DNA of 64,000 nt from a bacterium (GCA_963662285.2 CAXXMV010000008.1:832001-896000), one strand, 5' to 3'; shown: positions 41,931 through 53,090, counted from the stretch's first letter. Numbers and translations are program-made. Notes: a model not told the origin generated them from the sequence alone.

Positions 41931-42169
41931 CAGTTATACGCTCCATAATTGAAATCAACAGGATATCCTAGCAGTCAACCGGATAGGCTCAAAGCGAAGC
42001 GTGGTTTTTATAATGGATGCAGAATGGAATATATGAATGGTTTCTATCAGGGAGAAGGAAAATGGATAAGTTAATGAGTGATTGATATTGTTTATTTGCT
42101 AAGAACTACGATAAATACCCGACATTAGATTTTTTGAAAACGCTCTCAACGTTACCCCTTATATTGGGT

Positions 42170-42470
42170 GGCTTGATCATGGGCTGGACACATTGCAGTC
42201 TTGCCCTTGGCGTCCGCATTTGCAAAGGTGATTTTTATCAATCCTCACCTAGCCTTTCCCAATCTTGGGAGAGGGATATTTCCCCCATCGTAGGGTGGAT
42301 TTTTATCGGGCAACCATGAAGGATTGCCCCTACTTTGGGGTGGATTCTTATTATATTCGGGTGGTTGTTATCAACCCTCACCTAGCCTCTCCCAATCTTG
42401 GGAGAGGGATTCTGTGAACCGTAGGTGATCGCATCAAGGGCTGAGCGCATTGCGCTTTTGCCCTTGGCGC
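42170..42470. repeat. REP mosaic (families A, E, D, E, A)
   Basis: The same hairpin modules as in the other intergenic clusters. Confidence 0.85.
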
Positions 42471-42521
42471 TATAAGAGAAAAACAACAGTGGATAATTAA
42501 ATTAGTGATGAACATCTCACC

Positions 42522-43436
42522 TTATTCCTGGTTTTGAAATATGCTGATTGGTATAAGCGATCCGTCTTCCGAACGCACCAGTATGCGTTTTTTCATGGAG
42601 GGAAGAATCTTTTCCATTATTTCCCTGTAATAGCGTATACGAATTGATTTGGGTGATTTCTTGACTTGGGGCAGTAATGCCAGAAATCTATTCACATCTC
42701 CCTTGGCGAAAGATATGCGCTGATCTTTTTCGGCTATGGCGTTAGAAATAATCTCATGCGCTTTTCCACGGGCGCGGGGCAGGACTTGTTCACGGTAAAC
42801 TTTCGCCTTGGTGATAAAACGTGATTTATCCTGTCGGGCGTTTGTAATATCCTGAAACGCCTTACGTACTTCCTCTGGAGGTTCAATGGCTTTGCGCTGG
42901 ATACTGATCACCATTAGTCCTGTATTGCATTTATCAAGGTGTTTTTGAATATCAATCATTACTTGTTTTGAGAGAAGCGCCCAACCAGTGGTTAGCGCGT
43001 CGTCAACTGTTATCTGACCCAGTCGATGCGTGATCGATGCCTCGCCGGTCTTTCGCAGTAGTTCAAATTGCGAAACAGAGCTGAATAAAAAATCTTTGGG
43101 ATTAGATATTACATACTGGATCAAAAGTTGGATGCGCAGGACATTGGTATCTCCGGTCAGCCATTCGCACTGATCAGCAGTAGGCTTCTTGTTCTTAATC
43201 AATTCCGTAATACGAAAACCAACCGGCATATTAAAGATAGTAGACGTCTCTACGCAATATACTCGCCCTATCGGCCAAGGGGCGTGATAATGTAATCCAG
43301 GCGCAACCCGTGAATCGGATATCTTCCCTAGAAATGTGGTGACCGCCGTATGCTTTGGTGAGACTGTATAAAAGCCTGTTATTAACCAGGTTGATAACAG
43401 AATGATTACAATCGAATATATGATTAATCTATTCAT
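42522..43436 (-). CDS. hflK: HflK-like SPFH protein
   Basis: N-terminal TM; PGLHYHAPWPI, LTGDTN, PPEEVRKAFQD and PRARG.A motifs. Confidence 0.85.
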   Translation of the reverse strand: MNRLIIYSIVIILLSTWLITGFYTVSPKHTAVTTFLGKISDSRVAPGLHYHAPWPIGRVYCVETSTIFNMPVGFRITELIKNKKPTADQCEWLTGDTNVLRIQLLIQYVISNPKDFLFSSVSQFELLRKTGEASITHRLGQITVDDALTTGWALLSKQVMIDIQKHLDKCNTGLMVISIQRKAIEPPEEVRKAFQDITNARQDKSRFITKAKVYREQVLPRARGKAHEIISNAIAEKDQRISFAKGDVNRFLALLPQVKKSPKSIRIRYYREIMEKILPSMKKRILVRSEDGSLIPISIFQNQE

Positions 43437-44314
43437 TCTGATATATCTCCCAAAAGATATTTCATCAACTCTGAATCAGCCGGAATTATTATCGAATCAT
43501 TTTTGTTGAAAATATTCTCATACATCTTCAATGATCTTTGGAAACGGTAAAAATCTGGATTCTGCTTGATCGCTTCAGCGTAAATGCGGGCAGCTTCCGC
43601 TTCTCCTTCACTGATTATTTTGGAAGCTTCGATTTCCGCGTCAGTTATGATTTTGCTTCTATCGCGATGGGTGGCGGCGCGAATTTTCATATCTTCTTCT
43701 TCGCCTTCAGAACGGAAACGTGTGGCGATTTGACGCCTTTCTTCTCTCATACGTTCAAATACTGAAAGGCGGTTTTGTTCGTGATAGTTCAGGCGGTTAA
43801 TCTGTATATCAATGATGTTGATGCCATAGGTTTGCGCTTCACGGCTAATCTGGACGGAAATCTTCTCCACCGCAGAGGGCAATTTACTATCGATTTTATC
43901 TGATATTAAGTCAGAGAATGGAATACTGCCCAGTTCAGCTCCGATAGTTGATGACAGAGAAAAAGTAAGACGGGCTTCCGCTCCAATTTTGGTTCCAACG
44001 GCTTTCATAAATTGTATCGGATCATCTATACGCCACACCAGATAACTCTCTACCATGATATTTTTCTTATCACGGGTAAGATATTCGTCACGCGGCAGCT
44101 GCATAAAATTTTTTCTGTTATCGAACCGGTTGATCTTCTCGAAAGGGAAAGGCCATTTAATCATCAAACCAGCTGTAGAATAGGTTCTTACCGGATTGCC
44201 GAAACGCGTCATGACAGCATATTCCGTAACATTGACCACGAATATAAACTGGCTCAATAAAAGTAATGCCAAACCTGCAATTAACGTAATATAGAAATAT
44301 TTCCGGGAATTCAT
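43433..44314 (-). CDS. hflC: HflC-like SPFH protein
   Basis: LTRDKKNI.V..Y..WRI.DP, VFERMREER..A..FRSEGEE and P.FY.F.RSL motifs. Confidence 0.88.
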   Translation of the reverse strand: MNSRKYFYITLIAGLALLLLSQFIFVVNVTEYAVMTRFGNPVRTYSTAGLMIKWPFPFEKINRFDNRKNFMQLPRDEYLTRDKKNIMVESYLVWRIDDPIQFMKAVGTKIGAEARLTFSLSSTIGAELGSIPFSDLISDKIDSKLPSAVEKISVQISREAQTYGINIIDIQINRLNYHEQNRLSVFERMREERRQIATRFRSEGEEEDMKIRAATHRDRSKIITDAEIEASKIISEGEAEAARIYAEAIKQNPDFYRFQRSLKMYENIFNKNDSIIIPADSELMKYLLGDISE

Positions 44315-44317
44315 GAT

Positions 44318-46396
44318 TTATTCCATCTCCTGGTCAGAATAATCCTGAGTTTTTTCTGGATTTTGTTCATTACTCTTGAGCGGCGCAAAACCTTTGTCCC
44401 ATAGCATAAGATTCAACTCAGGCCATTGTGATGAAATGGGCGTAATGATTTTAGATAAGTTTTTCAGGGATTTTTCGTTGGCTTCAAACCTAAGTCGTAA
44501 CCGGGTTTCATCAGGCCATCTTAGGTCGCTGTCTGACAGGGCTGAAAACATTGCAGTATTGCTGAACGCTTTTTGGATAAGAGAATATTTTTCAGAGTGC
44601 GCCAATTCCATTGTTTGCTGGGCTTCTCCACGGGCGTAATGTATTTTCAACTCTTGATCCACCAGCGCTTCGTTCTTTTTGGTTTCCCGGTCTTCCTCAG
44701 CGCTGGCCACGTCGCGGAATGCGAAATGCAGGTTGGCTGGAGCATGAATGCGGATCAGTCTTACTTTTTTCAAATCTATCACTCCCGGCATGGCTTTCTC
44801 GATAAAAGCTGAAGTCAGTTCATAAGCCTGTTTTTCAATATCCCGGCGGGCTGTTGTGAAGGCGGTATCGATTTTCATCGTCGCCAGCGTCCTGGTCAGC
44901 GCAGCGTTGATTGCCTGTCGGATGATTCCAATTGGATCCAAAATCCCGAAAGTATATTCATAAGCGTTTCTGATGCTGAATTCAGCCAGGAAAGTAATAT
45001 CAAGTATATTCTCATCACCAGTTAGAAACTCAGCCTGAAAACGCGACTCCTCATCGGTTTGAATCAGGTTGCCGACCGTATCCTCTAAGCGTTTTCCCGC
45101 TTGCACTAACTTTATTTCATCTGTTTTAACTATGTAATTCTGAGATAACGGAGGTGGAAGATGAATATATAATCCAGGCCCCAATTCGATCGCAACCGGT
45201 TTGCCCAAGCGGGTGATAATGCCGGTCTCTCCAGGCCCGACAATAAAGAAGCACATTTGCAGCCAACAGATCAAACCAATAACCACGATAAGTATCAGCG
45301 CTTTTTTCCATGATGGACGCACTCCGGTTAGTTGCATAAATCCATCGCTGATTTTCATCCAATCAATAGCTGGTGGATTCGACCATATTCCCCGGATCAG
45401 TAAAACAATCAGGGCGCAGCCGCACAACGCGCTGAACAGACTTGGTTGTTCAGCCGAATTCGCAGCGATTTCGTATTCTGAAACGATGGATGGTTGTGGT
45501 ATGGAAAGATTGACCAAAAATCCTATCAGCAAACTGACTATGATTATTGAAACCAGATATATAACGGTTGAGCGCCGCCCTAATAGTTTTGATATGACTG
45601 GAATCGAGCCTAAATTAGTAGCCGGACCCGCCAGCAAAAATACTATAACCGCTCCGGGAGATAATCCTTTGGCCATCATGGCTGCTGCTATCGGAATCGA
45701 TCCGGATGCGCATATATACATCGGCGTACCGATGATCAGCATTACCAGCAGAGAAGAGAATCCTTGTCCCGCCCAACCTTCAAACACCCAATTGGGAATA
45801 AAAACTGTTATGCATCCTGAAATTATAAAACCAATCAATAACCAGAAAGCCAAGTCATTCATTAATTCGGTAAATCCATAACTCAGAGTCTTGCGCCACC
45901 ACGGTATAGGTTGTTCTTCAGGCTCAACTTCGAGAGAAGGATTATCTTCTTCTGGTGAGGAATGATCACTTTGAGAGTCATCATCGTCCCATATATTAAC
46001 CAGTACTCCAGCGACTAAAGCCGTAATGAAAGCGGCGATAGGCCGGATAACCGCCATCGTCAGATTCAGTAATCCAAAAGTAAAGAATACTGAGTCAACT
46101 CCCGTGGCAGGAGTTGAAATAAGGAAAGACGTTGTAGCTCCGCGACTGGCGCCTTTTTTTCTCAACGCGGCGGCGGTGGGCAGCGTCGAGCAGGAGCATA
46201 GCGGCAGTGGAACTCCGCAGATCGAAGCTATTAAGACCGATTTTAAGTTTTTTTTACCCAATAAAGCAATAATTCGCCCTGTAGATATAAACGTATGGAT
46301 AAAACCCGCAGCCATAAAACCAAATAGTATAAATGGCGCTGATGATTGAATAATCAACCATGATTCGTATAAAATTGACAGAAATAATTCAAACAT
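44318..46396 (-). CDS. Fusion of a DUF318/ArsP-like (SO_0444-like) metal permease and an HflK-type SPFH domain
   Basis: N-terminal half: GVPLPLCSCSTLP, FLISTPATGVDS, PMYICAS and FLLAGPATN. C-terminal half: VGPGETGIITRLGK, PGLY.HLP.P, FLTGDENI and AF.DV.SA.ED. Confidence 0.85.
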   Translation of the reverse strand: MFELFLSILYESWLIIQSSAPFILFGFMAAGFIHTFISTGRIIALLGKKNLKSVLIASICGVPLPLCSCSTLPTAAALRKKGASRGATTSFLISTPATGVDSVFFTFGLLNLTMAVIRPIAAFITALVAGVLVNIWDDDDSQSDHSSPEEDNPSLEVEPEEQPIPWWRKTLSYGFTELMNDLAFWLLIGFIISGCITVFIPNWVFEGWAGQGFSSLLVMLIIGTPMYICASGSIPIAAAMMAKGLSPGAVIVFLLAGPATNLGSIPVISKLLGRRSTVIYLVSIIIVSLLIGFLVNLSIPQPSIVSEYEIAANSAEQPSLFSALCGCALIVLLIRGIWSNPPAIDWMKISDGFMQLTGVRPSWKKALILIVVIGLICWLQMCFFIVGPGETGIITRLGKPVAIELGPGLYIHLPPPLSQNYIVKTDEIKLVQAGKRLEDTVGNLIQTDEESRFQAEFLTGDENILDITFLAEFSIRNAYEYTFGILDPIGIIRQAINAALTRTLATMKIDTAFTTARRDIEKQAYELTSAFIEKAMPGVIDLKKVRLIRIHAPANLHFAFRDVASAEEDRETKKNEALVDQELKIHYARGEAQQTMELAHSEKYSLIQKAFSNTAMFSALSDSDLRWPDETRLRLRFEANEKSLKNLSKIITPISSQWPELNLMLWDKGFAPLKSNEQNPEKTQDYSDQEME

Positions 46397-46634
46397 AAAA
46401 CCTCTTGAGTGGTTGCAAAAAGTTTATTAGCAATATAAGCGCTGGATTCTGCTTTATTAATCAAAATAGTGTAAATGAGGAAATCTCTGAAATACCCCGG
46501 ATTCATGTTATCTACAAAAAGTAATCATAGTCAAGCAGAGTGCTAATTTTATTTTTGAATCAAGTCCACCTTATATTTTGACCACAATATTCAGATAATT
46601 ATACTTGCAACCAATATTCAACATAGGAGATATC

Positions 46635-47633
46635 ATGAAAAAACAAACCAGCCATAAACTGTGTAAAGCAAAACTAAATATCTTTGTGTTTAGCCTTACC
46701 CTGTTATGCGCTTTATCCTATATAAGTGGTATGGCGAATGCTGAAATCATGATGTATGCTGATTCCACTGATGGTAAGCCTTATAGCAAGGACCCGGCGG
46801 TGGTGCGGTTTAAGGGGCATTACTATCTTTATCATTCCATGCGTAAGAACAATGGTTGGGTGATTGGGATTGCGGAGAGCAATGACCTGGTGATTTGGAA
46901 GAAAACCGGCGCGGTATTACCCGCTGCGGCATACGAGGCCAAGGGCATCTGCGCTCCGGGGGCTATTGTGTTGAACGGCAAGGTGCATCTGTTTTATCAA
47001 CGCTATGGCTATGGCGCTCAGGACGCTATCTGTCATGCCTATTCTGATGATGGGATTAACTTTGAGCGCGACCCAACCAATCCGGTTTTTCATCCGACTG
47101 GCGCCTGGAACAGCGGACGCGCCATCGATGCTGATGTTATTGTTCATAATGATAAACTGTTGCTCTATTTCGCTACCCGCGATCCCGAAGGCAAGGTGCA
47201 GAAAATCGGCGTGGCTTCGGCGCCATTGAAGTCGGATTTCTCGCGCCCGGTGTGGACGCAACTGTGCGACTCGGCCATCCTTGAACCGGAATTACCCTGG
47301 GAGAAGCAGTGCATTGAAGCGTCGGCCATGTGCAAGCGCGGCGGTAAACTCTTTATGTTCTACGCCGGGGCTTATAACAACCAACCGCAGCAGATCGGCT
47401 GCGCGGTAAGCGACGACGGCGTTAAATGGACCAGGATTTCTGATGAGCCGTTTCTACCCAATGGCAAGCCGGGAGAGTGGAACTCATCCGAATCAGGGCA
47501 TCCCTATCTTTTTGAAGATGACGACGGCAGAACCTACCTCTTCTATCAGGGTAACAACGATAAGGGTAAAACCTGGTTTTTGTCTCAGGTTGAGATTGGT
47601 TGGAAGGATGGTTTGCCGTTTTTGGTGAAGTGA
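46635..47633 (+). CDS. Five-bladed beta-propeller glycoside hydrolase (GH43/GH32-like), secreted
   Basis: Signal peptide; SKDP, CAPG, AIDA and IEAS motifs; repeated S.DG..W. ATG at 46635 follows AGGAG. Confidence 0.8.
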   Translation: MKKQTSHKLCKAKLNIFVFSLTLLCALSYISGMANAEIMMYADSTDGKPYSKDPAVVRFKGHYYLYHSMRKNNGWVIGIAESNDLVIWKKTGAVLPAAAYEAKGICAPGAIVLNGKVHLFYQRYGYGAQDAICHAYSDDGINFERDPTNPVFHPTGAWNSGRAIDADVIVHNDKLLLYFATRDPEGKVQKIGVASAPLKSDFSRPVWTQLCDSAILEPELPWEKQCIEASAMCKRGGKLFMFYAGAYNNQPQQIGCAVSDDGVKWTRISDEPFLPNGKPGEWNSSESGHPYLFEDDDGRTYLFYQGNNDKGKTWFLSQVEIGWKDGLPFLVK

Positions 47634-47634
47634 T

Positions 47635-48145
47635 TTTTTTGTCTGAATCTGGATGGGCAGGATTGAAGGATGGGCAGGATTTATTTTTAATGGGGTAATT
47701 ATATTCGGGGATTAATCGACATAATAAGTGGCAGCATCAAGGGCAGAAAATACACTGCCCTTGGCACCCATGCCGTCTTGCCCTTGGCGCCCGCAATTTG
47801 CAAAGGTGATATTTATCAACCCTCACCTAACCTCTCCCAATCTTGGGAGAGGGATTTTGTGAATCATAGGTGATCGCATCAAGGGCTGAGCGCATTGCGC
47901 TCTTGCCCTTGGCACCCGCCTTTAACTCTGCAATATCCTAAGTGATCTCATCAAGGGTAGAAAATACACTACTCTTGGCGCCCATGACCGTCGTAGGTGT
48001 AGTCAAGGGTAGAAAGGACACTACCCTTGGCACCCGTCGCATCTACCGTAGGTGGAATCATAATCGGGCAACCATGAAGGATTGCCCCTACTTTTTATTG
48101 TAGGTGGATTTTTGGTGGGTCGATGAGGCCGACCCACCCTACGCG
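47635..48145. repeat. REP mosaic (several family A variants plus D, E and B)
   Basis: Includes both GGGCA..TGCCC and GGGTA..TACCC stem variants. Confidence 0.88.
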
Positions 48146-48190
48146 GTGGTGGATTGTTTTCTTTGGTGGATTGATTTCTTTGGTGGATTG

Positions 48191-48778
48191 TTATTTTATG
48201 GCACGGGTTTGGATTACTATTTTTCTGGGTTTTTTGTCTAGTTGCTGCACTATTAACTTTCCGCTTTTCTCGAAGACCCAGACTGGTTGATTGGTGTAGA
48301 CTACGTAATGATTATCGGGAACCATGAACTCGAAGGCGTGGCTGGTTTCATAGATGAAGACGTAACGTCCGTCGTTATCTATGGTGAAGTTGCTTTCGGG
48401 CATGTTGACCTTTACCGTAATCTGCAAGGTCTTCTTCTCGCCCTGTTTGATCGGTTCGGAATAGGTTATTTTCACCATGGGATCATTGGTTTTGACGTCA
48501 TACACGACCACATATTCCAATTCACGCTTGGCGGCGATGTCGAATACTGATTCGACCTCGAACTTGCCCTTGGTGGCGTCGTGGATCATGCCGCCCGATG
48601 GGAAGAGGAAGACTTTATTACCGACCTGCGCGTCTTCGATTTCGTAAGTTAACCGCATGGCGCTCTTGGATAAATCCAGCGCTTCATAACGCATATCGCC
48701 AAACGCAAATGATGGTACAATAAGCAGCGCAATAAAACCAATAATTGTTCTTTTCATCTTGCTAAACCTCTGGTTCAA
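48191..48778 (-). CDS. Secreted beta-rich hypothetical protein
   Basis: Signal peptide MKRTIIG..AFG; the start may be a few codons downstream. Confidence 0.65.
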   Translation of the reverse strand: MNQRFSKMKRTIIGFIALLIVPSFAFGDMRYEALDLSKSAMRLTYEIEDAQVGNKVFLFPSGGMIHDATKGKFEVESVFDIAAKRELEYVVVYDVKTNDPMVKITYSEPIKQGEKKTLQITVKVNMPESNFTIDNDGRYVFIYETSHAFEFMVPDNHYVVYTNQPVWVFEKSGKLIVQQLDKKPRKIVIQTRAIK

Positions 48779-48949
48779 TTTGGATATAGCTTAACTATAT
48801 AACAATATTGCGTAAATGCGTATATCTGATTAGCCATAAATTATACAGAAATATTGATCAATTTGATAAAAATATATTTGAATCGACTTGATATTGTCTG
48901 GTTTTGCATTTAGGTTTATATCAATTATTAAATATGGAGTGATGATCGA

Positions 48950-50179
48950 ATGGCTCATTTGGCAATAAATGGCGGGACGCCGCTTCGCACTGAACTTTTT
49001 TCTTCATGGCCGGTCTATGATGACCGGGAAAAAGAAGCCTTTGTGGAAGAATTGGAAAAAATTCAGTGGGGCATAGATTCTCCATCAATCGCGGCTTTCG
49101 AAGAACGCTTCGCTGAGTATTGCGGGGCCAAATATGCGGTGGCATGCACCAATGGAACCGATGCCATATATATTGCGTTGCAAGCCATGGGCATCAAAGC
49201 GGGTGATGAGGTTATCGCGCCTCCATATACTTTCATAGCTACCGCAACAGCGGTTCTGATGGCCAATGCCATACCTGTTTTCGCTGATATTGATCCCGAT
49301 ACATTCAATATCGATCCTGAATCGATCAAAAGCATGATTACGCCCCGAACCAAAGCGATTATCCCGGTGCATATCGCCGGGAATCCGGCTAACCTGGACG
49401 CCATTTGCGATATAGCACGGGAACATAAGCTGCAAGTATTGGAAGATTCGGCCCAGGCCATCGGCGCTGAATGGCGAGGCCAGCGGGTTGGTTCGATTGG
49501 CGACGCAGGCACATTCTCGTTTCAGACATCAAAAAATCTCTCCTCCGGCGAAGGCGGCGCCATCGTCACCAACAACGAGCAACTGGCCAAGAGAATCCGC
49601 ACATTCACCAATTGCGGCCGGGTCGAAGGGGGCGCCTGGTATGATCATCACGAAGTGGCCGGCAACCACCGCCTGGGTGGATTTCAGGCGGCGGTTCTGT
49701 TGGTTGGCATGGAGCGTCTCGAAAGTCAGATGAAGAAGCGTGAAGAGAACGCGCGTTATCTGGCATCTCTGCTGGATGATATAGAGGGCGTATCTCTGAC
49801 CGGTTCATATCAGGGAACCACGCGGCATGCCTATCATCTGGGAATTATGAAATATAATGCGGAAGCCTTCAAAGGGCTTCCCAAAAAACGTTTTGTTGAG
49901 GTTTTGGAGAAAGAGGGCATTGATTGTTCTGATGGTTATCTGCCCTTGTATAATTATCATATATTCCGTAATTTCCCGGAAAAAGTGAGCGGCTACAAGG
50001 AAATATACCAGGGGCGGGTGGATTACAGCGCGGTTCACTGTCCGGTATGCGAACGGCTTTGCGAGCATGAAGCAGTGTGGATATTCCAGGAAATGTTTCT
50101 CGGGACGCAGCAGGATATGGATGACATAGCTGAAGCTATTCTTAAAATTCAACGCTACGCAGACGAAGCGTTTGCATAG
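48950..50179 (+). CDS. DegT/DnrJ/EryC1/StrS PLP-dependent aminotransferase
   Basis: NGTDA, PPYTFIAT, EDSAQA and FSFQTSKNLSSGEGG motifs. Confidence 0.93.
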   Translation: MAHLAINGGTPLRTELFSSWPVYDDREKEAFVEELEKIQWGIDSPSIAAFEERFAEYCGAKYAVACTNGTDAIYIALQAMGIKAGDEVIAPPYTFIATATAVLMANAIPVFADIDPDTFNIDPESIKSMITPRTKAIIPVHIAGNPANLDAICDIAREHKLQVLEDSAQAIGAEWRGQRVGSIGDAGTFSFQTSKNLSSGEGGAIVTNNEQLAKRIRTFTNCGRVEGGAWYDHHEVAGNHRLGGFQAAVLLVGMERLESQMKKREENARYLASLLDDIEGVSLTGSYQGTTRHAYHLGIMKYNAEAFKGLPKKRFVEVLEKEGIDCSDGYLPLYNYHIFRNFPEKVSGYKEIYQGRVDYSAVHCPVCERLCEHEAVWIFQEMFLGTQQDMDDIAEAILKIQRYADEAFA

Positions 50180-50219
50180 ACCGGTTGGCATAAATCATTG
50201 ATATGGAAGGTGACAACTG

Positions 50220-51594
50220 ATGATTGAAACAGCAGTCATTCTGGCAGCTGGCGCTGGAAGCAAAATCTGGCCTTATAGCGATACCTGGCCGAAGGCTGCG
50301 CTTCCCATCGCTAACCGGCCTCTGATTTATTGGCAGATAAAAACGCTGCAAAGCTGCGGCGTGAAAAATATTTTCGTGGTCGTCAGTCATCTAGCATCCC
50401 AGCTGCGTAACGTTTCTGATCTGGTCGGAGTGCAATGCGTCGAGCAGAAGAATCCCCAGGGAACCGCCGACTCCCTGTTATGCGGCTTGGCCTGCGTTAA
50501 AGATGAACGCTTTCTGGTCTGTTATGGCGATGCGCTTTTCACCGAAGAAGACCTGAAACGCTTGTTGGCCGCCGCCGCTGACGGCAATCGTGATGCGGCA
50601 TTGGTTCAACTGCTTAGGAAGAATGATTCCAAAGAGTGGCTCTGCGCCAACTTGAAGCATAACTCGATTAGCGAAATCATCGGTCATCCGCGAGAGGCTT
50701 CTCACCGTTTATGCGGAGTTTATGCGCTGTCGCGCAATATTATGCCTGATCTGGTAAATAATCCCGGCATTATGACATCAGTCGAAGTCGGCGCCATGCC
50801 TCATCAGGAGTCTGAACTGGCTGAGTCGCTCAGCCGCTTTATCCAGTGGCGCAGGCGAACTTCGCGCGGTTGAGACCAAGAACCTTTTCTTTGATATTGA
50901 TAAGCCCTGGCATCTACTTGACGCCAACGAAGCATATTTGAATTATCTCGGTACAAAATTATCCGGTAATGATATTCATGAGGATGCACGGGTTGATCCA
51001 AATGCTGAAATTGGAGGTTACCTGGTGGTTGGCAAGGGATCGCTGATCGGTCCCGGAGTCAAGATCAAGGGTAATCTCTGGGTTGGCGATAATGCCAAAG
51101 TTATTGATGGCGCCATTGTCGGCAGGGATGTATCAATCAGCGACGACTCTATTGTCCGTGATTATTGCAGTATTGAGCCAAGGTCTTCTATCGGCAAAGC
51201 ATGCGTAGTTGGTCATGCCGCCGAATTCGGCGGCATCCTGATGGATGGGGCCTATTCATATCACTATGGCGAATATTGGGGGATCATTGGCCGTTCGGCG
51301 GATTTAGGCGCCGCCACGGTATGCGGCAACCTGCGCTTTGATGATCAAAGGACTTCTCATAGAATAAAGGGGCGGCGCGAGACTCCCGCGTCCAATGGCG
51401 CAAACGCAGCGTATTTAGGGGATTACACCCGCACCGGCGTCAACGCCATCCTCATGCCCGGCGTCAAGGTCGGACCCTACAGCGTGATCGGTTCAGGCGT
51501 GATCTTGAACGAAGATTTAGCCAATAATTCTCTAGTTTACGTTAAGCAGGAACTGGTTAGAACTTCCTGGGGGCCATCTAAATATGGATGGTAA
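50220..51594 (+). pseudogene. Sugar-phosphate nucleotidyltransferase with a hexapeptide-repeat domain (GlmU-like), frameshifted near 50850
   Basis: ILAAGAGS..WP...PK motif. After FIQ the protein continues in another frame (GELRAVETKNLFFDIDKPWHLLDAN), which is in frame with the LbH ORF at 50938. This could be a sequencing error. Confidence 0.75.
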
Positions 51595-51751
51595 ATTACT
51601 CTAAATTCAAAAAAATGCTCCGATTGATCTTGCATGATCGATTTGAGAATGTAATCTTAATTATCAGCAGTCAGGGTGGTTTAAAAGCGAAGCGCAGCCA
51701 CCAAAGCCATTCTAATATTATAAATGATGCTGTTTTAATCAGGAGAAGGTT

Positions 51752-52915
51752 ATGATGAGAAATCGGTTTGGAGTTTTATTCGGATTATGCATGGTTTTAT
51801 CATTATCTGTTCAGAGTTTTGATGCCTCAGCTAATGAATCGCAAACGAAAGCAGGTGTAAGTATGGAAAAACAAGATTTCGGCAAAACCGCAGACGGACA
51901 AGCTGTAGATTTATATACTCTACAAAACTCCAAAGGGATGAAAGTCCGCATCATGACCTATGGCGGCATCATTGTATCTATAGAAGTCCCGGACAAGGAT
52001 GGCAAATCCGCTGACGTTACACTCGGATTCGATTCTCTGGAAGGATATCTAGGAAAGCATCCATATTTTGGCGCCATCGTCGGGCGTTACGGCAACCGTA
52101 TTTGCAAAGGCAAGTTCACCCTCGACGGCCAAGAATATACTCTAGCCATCAATAATGGCGAGAATGCGTTGCATGGCGGTCTTAAGGGATTCGATAAAGC
52201 GGTATGGAAAGCCAGCCAGATAGAACGTGAAGGGCAGCCTGCTTTGCAGCTGACTTATCTCAGCAAAGATGGTGAAGAAGGATATCCCGGTAATCTGCAA
52301 TGCACGGTTGTCTATTCCATCGCTGATGATAACGAGCTGATGATTTCCTATGAACTGGAAACAGATAAAGCCACTCCCATTAATGTGACTAACCATACTT
52401 ATTTCAACCTGGCTGGCGAGGGCAATGGAACGATTCTGGATCATGTCGCCATGCTCAAGGCGGATCGTTTCACGCCAGTAGACGAAACCTTGATTCCCAT
52501 CGGCGAGTTGCGCAGCGTCAAGGATACTCCCATGGATTTCTCCGAGCCAACCAGAATCGGCGACCGCATTGATCAGGATGACCAGCAGATAAAGTTCGGC
52601 GGCGGTTATGATCATAACTGGGTTTTGAACAGCGGCGGCGGCAAATTAGCTCTGGGCGGCCGCGTATGTGAACCGACTTCAGGCCGCGTGTTGGAATTCT
52701 ACACCACTGAACCGGGCGTTCAGTTCTATTGCGGCAATTTCCTGGATGGAACAGTTGTCGGCAAAGGCGGCAAAGCATATAAACGCCGTTTTGGGTTCTG
52801 CCTGGAAACCCAGCATTTCCCCGATTCACCCAATCAACCTAATTTCCCCTCAGTAATTCTGCAACCGGGTAAATGCTACAAATCAATGACCATTTATAAA
52901 TTCTCAACCAAGTAA
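51752..52915 (+). CDS. galM: Aldose 1-epimerase with signal peptide
   Basis: YFGAIVGRYGNRI, LHGG..GFDK, NHTYFNL, GYDHNW and CLETQHFPDSPN motifs. Confidence 0.93.
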   Translation: MMRNRFGVLFGLCMVLSLSVQSFDASANESQTKAGVSMEKQDFGKTADGQAVDLYTLQNSKGMKVRIMTYGGIIVSIEVPDKDGKSADVTLGFDSLEGYLGKHPYFGAIVGRYGNRICKGKFTLDGQEYTLAINNGENALHGGLKGFDKAVWKASQIEREGQPALQLTYLSKDGEEGYPGNLQCTVVYSIADDNELMISYELETDKATPINVTNHTYFNLAGEGNGTILDHVAMLKADRFTPVDETLIPIGELRSVKDTPMDFSEPTRIGDRIDQDDQQIKFGGGYDHNWVLNSGGGKLALGGRVCEPTSGRVLEFYTTEPGVQFYCGNFLDGTVVGKGGKAYKRRFGFCLETQHFPDSPNQPNFPSVILQPGKCYKSMTIYKFSTK

Positions 52916-52938
52916 AACACATCATTCATTATAATCAT

Positions 52939-52977
52939 AAATCCCCCAAGTTCGATTTGGACTTGGGGGATTTTTTA
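52939..52977 (+). terminator. Intrinsic terminator after galM
   Basis: AAATCCCCCAAGT / ACTTGGGGGATTT stem followed by a T-run. Confidence 0.7.
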
Positions 52978-52989
52978 TTCCAAAGCACT

Positions 52990-53090
52990 CCCGATGGGAC
53001 ACGCTTTCGCTTTGTCCCATCCTACGCGCTTTATACAAGGTGGCTTGATCAAGGGCTGACCGCATGGCGGTCTTGCCCTTGGCGCCCATC
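52990..53090. repeat. REP-like hairpins (families G and A)
   Basis: CCGATGGGACACGCT..CGCTTTGTC.CATCCTAC also occurs at about 54016 and 55681. Confidence 0.8.

Noticed and set aside
45201-45881. 226-aa antisense ORF, and other long shadow ORFs (19226-19864, 34931-35506)
   Set aside because: They lie opposite well-supported genes and have no recognisable motifs.
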